From a virus: a stretch of 45,946 bases of DNA. The stretch spans positions 1-45,946 of IMG/VR virus record IMGVR_UViG_3300029682_000009; one strand, 5' to 3'. Under the pieces are notes generated by a model. That model worked only from the letters and a program-made list of their open reading frames with translations. It searched no databases and had not been told where the DNA came from. Of the stretch, positions 37,109-43,404 are shown in pieces (the first letter of the stretch is position 1; each line of letters opens with the position of its first letter). The translations under genes and the position numbers were made by a program.

Positions 37109-37175
37109 TTAACGGTTCCGTTAGATTTCCGTTATATGGATGTAAAACGGAAATTTTTGAGGGTTTTAACGGAAA
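37109..37175. repeat. Cluster of TTTCCGTTA-type repeats in both orientations (arm-type sites)
   Basis: TTCCGTTA 37116..37123, TTTCCGTTA 37126..37134, AACGGAAA 37146..37153, TAACGGAAA 37168..37175, TTAACGG 37109..37115. Confidence 0.65.
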
Positions 37176-37210
37176 TTTTCGGTTGTTGCATAAAAGCCGA
37201 AAGAGCAAAT

Positions 37211-37384
37211 TTATTTGCGACAGCTGCACTTCTTCTCGTCAAAATATTTGCGCTCGGCCACTTCTCCCTGCTTTCCGATGTTGAAAGAAGAAATCGGACG
37301 ATGGTAACCCATCACACGAGTCCAAATTTCGCATCTAGTGCGCTCGCTATTCTTAATCCCATATTGTTCTAAATCGCTGGTCAT
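37211..37384 (-). CDS. 57-aa stand-alone NrdD C-terminal (glycyl-radical loop)-like protein, not in ORF track
   Basis: MTSDLEQYGIKNSERTRCEIWTRVMGYHRPISSFNIGKQGEVAERKYFDEKKCSCRK; perfect AGGAGG RBS; RVxGY...RP...FN.GK..E...R..F pattern of class III RNR C-termini. Confidence 0.6.
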   Translation of the reverse strand: MTSDLEQYGIKNSERTRCEIWTRVMGYHRPISSFNIGKQGEVAERKYFDEKKCSCRK

Positions 37385-37395
37385 AATTTGTCCTC

Positions 37396-37872
37396 CTAAA
37401 GATCTTGAAGCTTGGTGCCATCAGCTACGTAAAGCGGGTGCGTCGGTTCCCCAGTCTGGTTCAATGCCAAACATTTAATGTCGTAGCCCTTGAATGTTTC
37501 TTTGAACTGGGAACTGCGATCTAAATAGCTGCCATAGTTTCCCCATGCGGCAATAACAATATCAGCCGCTTCAATCATCCTTCTCAAGTGCTCATCATTC
37601 TCAGGTCCTACTGGATCCTTCGCTGTGTACAAGTCATTGCGATTTTTCGATCTGAAGGCAAAGAGATTCCCAACTAAAAGCCGGCCGCCTCCAAATTGAC
37701 GGGCAAAATTGATCATACGGCGGACAGTCGCATCATCTTCTACAGCATCGGCAGTGGAGGGATTAAGACAAACAAAAAGGACTGTCGGTTTGTCCTCGTC
37801 CCATGTGCGTTCTAGGGAGTAACGATACAGACCGTCCGGTGAAATTTCAGCAGATTTTTTAATATCAGACAT
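37396..37872 (-). CDS. DUF1643 family protein
   Basis: LYRYSLERTWDEDKPTVLFVCLNPSTADAVEDDATVRRMINFARQFGGGRLLVGNLFAFRS. Confidence 0.7.
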   Translation of the reverse strand: MSDIKKSAEISPDGLYRYSLERTWDEDKPTVLFVCLNPSTADAVEDDATVRRMINFARQFGGGRLLVGNLFAFRSKNRNDLYTAKDPVGPENDEHLRRMIEAADIVIAAWGNYGSYLDRSSQFKETFKGYDIKCLALNQTGEPTHPLYVADGTKLQDL

Positions 37873-37889
37873 TTCTCCTCCTTCTGGGT

Positions 37890-38129
37890 TTACTTGCTAC
37901 TGTAGCGCTTTTCGACAGTATTCAATAGGTCCTCGAACCTCTTGCAGTAATCGTCGACACTCTGCTCCCAACTCAAGACATCGAACTGTGTCTCGATCGG
38001 CAGCGCTCTTGGCTCTTTTTTCAAGACTGGTGATGCGGGAGCGCAAGCGGTCAGAGTCAGCGCGAGCGTTAGATTCAGCAGCACGCATCTCGGCGAGAGC
38101 GATAGCCTGATTTTTGTATTGTGTCTCAT
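37890..38129 (-). CDS. o-spanin (outer-membrane lipoprotein, overlapped in i-spanin frame +1)
   Basis: Start set at MRHNTKIRLSLSPRCVLLNLTLALTLTAC lipobox; lies within and 7 nt beyond the i-spanin gene. Confidence 0.65.
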   Translation of the reverse strand: MRHNTKIRLSLSPRCVLLNLTLALTLTACAPASPVLKKEPRALPIETQFDVLSWEQSVDDYCKRFEDLLNTVEKRYSSK

Positions 38130-38277
38130 AATTTTTGACCGTAGCTGTGAGTTCTGAGATTTGAGCTTGAGCAATTTTCAACTGCTCAGAATTCTGACCA
38201 TTGTGAAGGCCAAAAAAATAAGCGCCAGCAACTATCAAAGCGCCGGCGCCTATCTTTACCAATTCAAAAGGATTCAT
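37897..38277 (-). CDS. i-spanin
   Basis: N-terminal TM IGAGALIVAGAYFFGL followed by coiled coil; after endolysin. Confidence 0.7.
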   Translation of the reverse strand: MNPFELVKIGAGALIVAGAYFFGLHNGQNSEQLKIAQAQISELTATVKNYETQYKNQAIALAEMRAAESNARADSDRLRSRITSLEKRAKSAADRDTVRCLELGAECRRLLQEVRGPIEYCRKALQ

Positions 38278-38774
38278 CCCATCAATTTCACCTCGTCCTC
38301 ACGTCTATTCATGAGACCCGGAAGGATTTCGTACATCTGTTTCCCGTTTTCATCCTTAACCAGATTCCCGTTCCTATCCCTGATTTTCTTTTTTGCAAAA
38401 GATCGAAATCCTTCTTTTGCCAACTCGAGTTTTCCGGAATTCAAATATCCGAGTGTCTTAGATTTAGCAACTGCGCTCACTCCCAGGTTAAATGCCAAAT
38501 CTAATAATGCGATGTACTGTCCTTCAGTCAGTTTGCAAGTAACGTAAGGGGCAAGTCCCTCGGCGTGCTCGATCAAATCATCGCGAATCAGCTTTTCGGC
38601 CTCTTGTCTGGTGATAATTTGACCAGATTTAACCCCTTTTGTGTGTCCATAGCCGATAGTGAGAGTGCCTCCCGGACAACGGTAGGCCTTCAATCGCAGA
38701 CCCTCCCACTTCTTAACAAAATCCTCTGCGATGAGAGGGTTCCATTGAGAAAACGCTAATTTTTCCTCATTCAT
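38274..38774 (-). CDS. Endolysin, GH24 (T4/lambda lysozyme-like)
   Basis: VKKWEGLRLKAYRCPGGTLTIGYGHTKGV motif. Confidence 0.85.
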   Translation of the reverse strand: MNEEKLAFSQWNPLIAEDFVKKWEGLRLKAYRCPGGTLTIGYGHTKGVKSGQIITRQEAEKLIRDDLIEHAEGLAPYVTCKLTEGQYIALLDLAFNLGVSAVAKSKTLGYLNSGKLELAKEGFRSFAKKKIRDRNGNLVKDENGKQMYEILPGLMNRREDEVKLMG

Positions 38775-39252
38775 TTTGATTCCCTCCTAAATGAACCTTT
38801 CCTTTGATGCGTTTTTCGTGTTCAGTTTGAACGGTCTCCAACATTTCTCTGATTCTGTGGGGAATAATTTGACCGAACCCCGCTTTCTCAACGTTTTCAA
38901 GAATTGAGATCAATTCATTCAGAGAAAGAGCACCAATTGCCCACGCCCCGATCCATGGTTCATTGAATATCTGATCCACTCCATGAAACCCAATAGCAAC
39001 TAAGAGGATGATGAATTTCCGGATCAACCCTTTGAGTCCGACACGGCTCGACCAAGTTCCGGTTCTGGCAGCGGCTACGATCCCGCTCAGATAGTCGAAG
39101 ACAACAAAGCCAAACAACCAGTAGAAAAGGTTTTGATGCTCCCCCATGAGACTGCTTATGAGGGAAGTAAAACATCCAGCAATGGTTAAAAAGAAACTCT
39201 TGAGAACGCCGGAATCAAAACTGTTAAGACGGCTTAAAAATTGATCCCACAT
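38767..39252 (-). CDS. Holin (multi-TM, holin_4-like recall)
   Basis: 161 aa with several TM segments, 8-nt overlap with endolysin start. Confidence 0.65.
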   Translation of the reverse strand: MWDQFLSRLNSFDSGVLKSFFLTIAGCFTSLISSLMGEHQNLFYWLFGFVVFDYLSGIVAAARTGTWSSRVGLKGLIRKFIILLVAIGFHGVDQIFNEPWIGAWAIGALSLNELISILENVEKAGFGQIIPHRIREMLETVQTEHEKRIKGKVHLGGNQNE

Positions 39253-39310
39253 CTCTCAATCTCCCTATGTCGTCGATTTAGTAGATGCATGTTTCCTCCG
39301 ATATTTAGAT

Positions 39311-39340
39311 AAAAAAAGAAAGCCCCTCAAGTCGAGGGGC
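39311..39340 (-). terminator. Strong rho-independent terminator closing the structural operon
   Basis: Minus strand GCCCCTC-GACTT-GAGGGGC-TTTCTTTTTTT, directly after paralog 6 stop. Confidence 0.8.
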
Positions 39341-39347
39341 GGAGTGT

Positions 39348-39734
39348 TTAAGAAGCCGTTGCTCCAATGGAAGGAACAAAAAAGATTGTGGTTCCCTCAG
39401 TTTGATTAGTGCTTGCAGTAATTTGATAACCTAAAGTGCCACCTTTATTTACTGGAATATAGACAGCTGGCCATTGCAACAGGCTGGATTCGTTTGTTTG
39501 GATGCGAGAATGAACGGACGCTTGAATCGCTATAACGAGTATTCCGTTTCCGCCGGTAATGCAAAAATATCCGCTCGTGGGAGCTGTGTAGTTCCCCGTA
39601 AAACTTCCCATTGCATTTTCTTTTACAACGATTCGTCTATACCACCCATCTGGCATTACCTGGCCAACAATGAAATCTAAATCCGTTTTCTTAAAAAACT
39701 TAGAGAGGAGGAGCGTAAACAATGATTTCAGCAT
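39348..39734 (-). CDS. MLK-leader family paralog 6
   Basis: MLKSLFTLLLSKFFKK...APTSGYFCITG...IPVNKGGTLGY...IFFVPSIGATAS; GGAGG RBS. Confidence 0.65.
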   Translation of the reverse strand: MLKSLFTLLLSKFFKKTDLDFIVGQVMPDGWYRRIVVKENAMGSFTGNYTAPTSGYFCITGGNGILVIAIQASVHSRIQTNESSLLQWPAVYIPVNKGGTLGYQITASTNQTEGTTIFFVPSIGATAS

Positions 39735-40543
39735 GACGCACCTCCTAAACCCACCTCACGTTTGACTGACAAACGGGATGAAGTGAAGGATCGAATACTG
39801 TCCTCGGTTATCTGCTCTTGCCTTGAAAGAAACCGTTTGGCCTCTATTAACCTGCACTGTAAAACCTTGGTAAATTCCAGTGCCTGACTGATCGAGATTA
39901 AATCTCGCACCAGAGGCGATGACTTCCAAGTAACAAGCTCCTGACGAACAAGATTGCCCAAGCACAAGCAAACCGTCCGCTGGTGGAGTGTAAGTATGCA
40001 AGTTATTATCGTTTGGAAGCGAAAGCTCGACAGTGTTTGAGGGGGCCGTGTTACGCTGTTGAGCGACCCACTCCTTCTTACTAACAAGGAACTTCTCCGC
40101 AAAGAGCTGTACCAAGTTTTTAAGCATAGGCCACCTCCTTGCAGAAGAGCGTTCTTAAGAGATTGCCCCCCCCCGCCGATGGTTTTAGTAAACCAGCATT
40201 CAATGTTTTTAGCTTGTCTAGCGCATAACGTAAAGACTTGCCCTTTGGCTACCGGACAGGCGCACAAAAGAATGTCTCCCACAACTTGCGGAGTTGTAAA
40301 GACGTTTATGTTCGTTGTTTGGGCTGAGGCAATGCAAGTGGCAGTGTCTGCCGTAAACCTTATGCACGCGAAGCCATCAGTTGGGGCAACTCCGTTGAAA
40401 ACAGAACTCCATCCGTCAATAACCGTAGTTGTCGGAGTAAGTATCACGTTGTTGGTTGAAGGCATTGCCTGATGTCCTACAAGCTCGGATTCCTGTTTGC
40501 TGTAGAACCTGCTCAGCAGGAGGCTCAGAATGTTTTTCAGCAT
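39728..40543 (-). CDS. MLK-leader family paralog 4, as assembled read through a G9 tract into the +1 frame of paralog 5
   Basis: MLKNILSLLLSRFYSK...APTDGFACIRF...CPVAKGQVFTL...CWFTKTIGGGG then R/S/L-rich extension; family-like part is about 40175..40543. Confidence 0.55.
   Translation of the reverse strand: MLKNILSLLLSRFYSKQESELVGHQAMPSTNNVILTPTTTVIDGWSSVFNGVAPTDGFACIRFTADTATCIASAQTTNINVFTTPQVVGDILLCACPVAKGQVFTLCARQAKNIECWFTKTIGGGGQSLKNALLQGGGLCLKTWYSSLRRSSLLVRRSGSLNSVTRPPQTLSSFRFQTIITCILTLHQRTVCLCLGNLVRQELVTWKSSPLVRDLISISQALEFTKVLQCRLIEAKRFLSRQEQITEDSIRSFTSSRLSVKREVGLGGASC
39756..40127 (-). CDS. MLK-leader family paralog 5
   Basis: MLKNLVQLFAEKFLVSKK...PPADGLLVLGQ...VQVNRGQTVSF...LHFIPFVSQT; AAGGAGG RBS. 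Confidence 0.65.
   Translation of the reverse strand: MLKNLVQLFAEKFLVSKKEWVAQQRNTAPSNTVELSLPNDNNLHTYTPPADGLLVLGQSCSSGACYLEVIASGARFNLDQSGTGIYQGFTVQVNRGQTVSFKARADNRGQYSILHFIPFVSQT
40166..40174 (-). repeat. G9 homopolymer (coding strand) at C-terminus of paralog 4
   Basis: + strand gattg-ccccccccc-gccgatggtttt. Confidence 0.95.
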
Positions 40544-41334
40544 AATGCGCCTCCTGTTTGGAGGTTATTTAGACGATTCGTTGCGAACAAAAGTAAGGTT
40601 CCCCGAACCCGAGTAGACGCCAAGATCCGCAATGATTGTGTCACCCTTCTGTATCGGGATCGAGGCCCATTTCCACCCACTAGTGACGTTAGTGAGATAG
40701 CTAACCTTTCTTGTGGAGTTTTCAAGTCTGAACCACTTATTGGCGACGTCATTAGCCCCTCCAATCTGAAACACGGCCCAACCACTAAATGGGGCAATGA
40801 TATCTTGTTGACCTCCTCCCTGAACGTTTTGGTTCTGTACTGTTGTACCCGGCCCACATTGGTAAGCAATGTCAGGATACTTGCTTTTGAGAAAACTTTC
40901 GGCGAAAAGTTGAACGAGGGCTTTAAGCATGACAGAACCCTCCGAACAAATATATTATACCCCCCCCCGATGGTTTTCACTAATCGGACGGTAATTTGCT
41001 CTAGGTATCGGCCATAAACAGAAAAGCGCTGCCCTTTTGAAACGGGCGTGAATAAATTCAGGATTTCACCTCCCGGATTAGATGTCCCTGTAGTCGTAAT
41101 TTGCAACGCCTGAGTATTTATCTGGAAAAATCCTTTATCGGATGTAGTACGACCCACGGCCCAAATATAACCATCTGATACCGCGGTTGAATTAGATAAA
41201 ACCGGTCCCCAGTTGTCTACTGAAGCTGAAGGGTTGTAGTCTACAGGTACTGCCGAGCCGGGCTTAGAAGCGTGTCCCGCCTGTGCTGGTGTCGTTCGGC
41301 TATCGAGTAGCCGCTGAATAAGTTGTTTTAGCAT
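40537..41334 (-). CDS. MLK-leader family paralog 2, as assembled read through a G9 tract into the +1 frame of paralog 3
   Basis: MLKQLIQRLLDS...AVSDGYIWAVG...TPVSKGQRFSVY...VRLVKTIGGG then junk-like extension; family-like part is about 40960..41334. Confidence 0.55.
   Translation of the reverse strand: MLKQLIQRLLDSRTTPAQAGHASKPGSAVPVDYNPSASVDNWGPVLSNSTAVSDGYIWAVGRTTSDKGFFQINTQALQITTTGTSNPGGEILNLFTPVSKGQRFSVYGRYLEQITVRLVKTIGGGYNIFVRRVLSCLKPSFNFSPKVFSKASILTLLTNVGRVQQYRTKTFREEVNKISLPHLVVGPCFRLEGLMTSPISGSDLKTPQERLAISLTSLVGGNGPRSRYRRVTQSLRILASTRVRGTLLLFATNRLNNLQTGGALC
40565..40930 (-). CDS. MLK-leader family paralog 3
   Basis: MLKALVQLFAESFLKSK...APFSGWAVFQIG...IPIQKGDTIIA...LTFVRNESSK; GGAGGG RBS. 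Confidence 0.65.
   Translation of the reverse strand: MLKALVQLFAESFLKSKYPDIAYQCGPGTTVQNQNVQGGGQQDIIAPFSGWAVFQIGGANDVANKWFRLENSTRKVSYLTNVTSGWKWASIPIQKGDTIIADLGVYSGSGNLTFVRNESSK
40960..40968 (-). repeat. G9 homopolymer (coding strand) at C-terminus of paralog 2
   Basis: + strand tatattata-ccccccccc-gatggtttt. Confidence 0.95.
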
Positions 41335-41369
41335 TTAAGCTCCTTGCCGAGCCTAAATGCTCGGCGTTA

Positions 41370-41769
41370 TTAGATTGGGCAGAAATAGCAATAAACCATT
41401 CCGGCACTCATGCCATAGTGGTATTCAACTTGCTGTCCTTTTCTGATGTACATGTATGCTCCAAGATTGGAGCCAGGTAGTTGGAGTCTTGTTAGGGTCG
41501 GCCAATAATCTTGGTTTTTATTGCGGACACCAACAAATATCGCTTGCGTTGCATAAATCCAGGCAACCCCGTCTGCTGGAGCGACATAAATAAAAGCGTC
41601 TGTGCCCGTAGCTGTATGGACCAAGATATTTCCTGAAATGAAATCAGAAATGCCTATCTCTGACGACCTTTTCCCATATATAGTTAAACTACCCCCCCCC
41701 ACAGCCGCCGCTCACTGATCTGCGAGGAACGAATAAGCTACACAACAGACTTGCTAATTGTTTAAACAT
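41370..41769 (-). CDS. MLK-leader family paralog 1, interrupted at a G9 tract (phase-OFF as assembled)
   Basis: Leader MFKQLASLLCSLFVPRRSVSGGCGGG stops at TAG 41689..41691; body SLTIYGKRSS...APADGVAWIYA...IRKGQQVEY...VYCYFCPI open in the adjacent frame to 41370. Confidence 0.6.
41692..41700 (-). repeat. G9 homopolymer (coding strand) 23 codons into paralog 1
   Basis: + strand aacta-ccccccccc-acagccgccg. Confidence 0.95.
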
Positions 41770-42376
41770 TGAAAAAACCTCCTTGTCTCATAGAGTTGCG
41801 GGCATCAACTGCCTGCTCCAATTCGTAGGCCAAAGCTTCCGGAAATGCCGGATAGTCGATAAAAGGAAAGCTAGGCTTGTCCGGAAGATCTTTAAGTGCT
41901 TGGCGATAATTCAATAACGCCTGTCGATCTTCTTCAGTTAATTGAGCTCTCTTCGCCTTGGCGGCTGACTGCACAGTAATGTCCGGGAGCTGAACATACT
42001 TATCAGTGTCAGAGATTCGAGCATTGCGCTCTCCTCTAACTTCTTGTTCGTAACGCTCTTGGACAAATTTGTCATCCAGTTCAGGAAGTTCTGTTGAAAG
42101 GTAGTAATTACCGTCAGCACTGTGGAAATAGCCTTGAGGACTGGGCTCAAGCTTCCAATATTTGATGATTACTCCATCATCTCGCTTAAATCTTTCGGAT
42201 AGCTTGTAATGGCTCTCTGCGTACGCCTCATCTTTGGGATCTGTAAACGCGTGCTGACTCGGTGCATTGGAGGAAACAACAATTCTTCCGTCCGAGTCCT
42301 TCAGTGAGTATTTTGCCAGCGGCTGGCTCATTGCCTTGGCAAGCATTTCCTGCCTAACTTGTTCTAAGGTCTTCAT
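41762..42376 (-). CDS. Tail fibre assembly/chaperone protein
   Basis: 204 aa; C-terminal DRQALLNYRQALKDLPDKPSFPFIDYPAFPE resembles Tfa-type motif; follows fibre genes. Confidence 0.6.
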   Translation of the reverse strand: MKTLEQVRQEMLAKAMSQPLAKYSLKDSDGRIVVSSNAPSQHAFTDPKDEAYAESHYKLSERFKRDDGVIIKYWKLEPSPQGYFHSADGNYYLSTELPELDDKFVQERYEQEVRGERNARISDTDKYVQLPDITVQSAAKAKRAQLTEEDRQALLNYRQALKDLPDKPSFPFIDYPAFPEALAYELEQAVDARNSMRQGGFFNV

Positions 42377-42396
42377 TGTTTATCCTTCGGAATTGT

Positions 42397-43404
42397 TTAA
42401 TTTGTCGATGGTGTTTCTGACTCAGCAGAGTTTTTGGCATCATCAATTTCTTGCTGGGTACCACCGTTTTCAAGGATCAGTTCTTCGAGAATCGGACACA
42501 GGTAGTCATCAACGTGACCATTGAAATAAGTTTCAGCCCAAGATTCCGCACCGGCTGTAAAGTTGATATTCGACCGCGCAGTGGTCTGTTGCGTCTCTGT
42601 AAGGGCTTGAGCCGCCTCGTATGAGACACTCGGCGTTAAATCCGTGTAGTCCGCAGATAAAAGAGCTGTCCCGGCAGATGTGTCCACAGACGCAATCGTG
42701 AACATTCTTCCATCTGTTCCGACTACGGTGTCACCAGCTTTAATGTTGCCTTGAGGCTTCAAATCCGAGATTTGAATAGTGGCCGAAACTTGGAGCGCTT
42801 GATTGATTACTCTGACAGCATAGGCACTTGCCGCCGCCTCTAAAGCTTTCGCTTCCGCAGTCTGCGCAGCAGTCTGGGCGGTTGTTGCCGCCGTTTGTGC
42901 GGTTTCAGCATTGCTCTGGGCCGTTTCTGCTGCCTGTTGCGCCGCCTGAGCAGTTTGCAGAGATTGGGCCGCATTGTTAGCCGCTGTTTGGGCACTAGCA
43001 GCTGAACCTTGAGCGGCAGTCTGAGCCGCTGAAGCCGAAGTTTGTGCCGAGTTCGCCGTTGTAACTGCCACCGTGGAAGCATCGACCGCACTCTTAGATT
43101 GAGCAATAGCAGTCTGTATATCTGCATCCCAATCGTCGACTACTTGCTTCAAAGTCTCAACTTTTTCATTTGCAGCATTCGCTTCCGCTAATGCATTCGA
43201 AGAAGTTGAATTTGCTGTCTGTGCTGTTTGCCGAGCTTCCTTAGCGATCGATAGAGCTTCTTCGGAATTGTCAGAGGCTTGGTCTGCGTACGCGCCAACA
43301 TCGTTAATGGCGTCTTCCGTCTGCTGAAGAACTTCGGGGCCGCTGATAACTCCGGTTCCTGTCGGCGTGTAATGAAATTGGAATTTCGAATCTGCCATGA
43401 TCAA
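42397..43404 (-). CDS. Tail fibre protein with Ala/Gln-rich coiled-coil shaft
   Basis: 335 aa; AQTSASAAQTAAQGSAASAQTAANNAAQSLQTAQAAQQAAETAQSNAETAQTAATTAQTAAQTAEAKA low-complexity repeats. Confidence 0.65.
   Translation of the reverse strand: MIMADSKFQFHYTPTGTGVISGPEVLQQTEDAINDVGAYADQASDNSEEALSIAKEARQTAQTANSTSSNALAEANAANEKVETLKQVVDDWDADIQTAIAQSKSAVDASTVAVTTANSAQTSASAAQTAAQGSAASAQTAANNAAQSLQTAQAAQQAAETAQSNAETAQTAATTAQTAAQTAEAKALEAAASAYAVRVINQALQVSATIQISDLKPQGNIKAGDTVVGTDGRMFTIASVDTSAGTALLSADYTDLTPSVSYEAAQALTETQQTTARSNINFTAGAESWAETYFNGHVDDYLCPILEELILENGGTQQEIDDAKNSAESETPSTN

Noticed and set aside
36685-37175. CCGTTA-type repeats as a CRISPR array or replication iterons
   Set aside because: The units are only 8-9 bp, irregularly spaced and in both orientations. 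They flank a tRNA next to an integrase, which fits arm-type recombinase sites.
37058-37372. Plus-strand 104-aa ORF (TTG start)
   Set aside because: It begins inside the 14-nt tRNA-end copy and crosses the arm-type repeats. It is also antisense to the well-supported NrdD-like ORF, which has a perfect RBS. Its sequence is low-complexity and hydrophobic and looks like a shadow ORF.
40954-40968. G9 acting as a promoter-spacer switch, since a perfect TATAAT follows the tract upstream of paralog 3
   Set aside because: The best -35 candidates at 16-18 nt (TAGTGA/TTAGTG) are poor. The equivalent junction upstream of paralog 5 has no -10 box. The translational reading explains both junctions, but the promoter idea is not fully excluded.
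42840-43127. Ala/Gln-rich tandem repeats, and the 95-aa alternative-frame ORF, as a hypervariable or separate gene
   Set aside because: The repeat is an in-frame, low-complexity coiled-coil shaft of the fibre protein. The overlapping ORF is an Arg/Leu-rich shadow frame of the same repeat.
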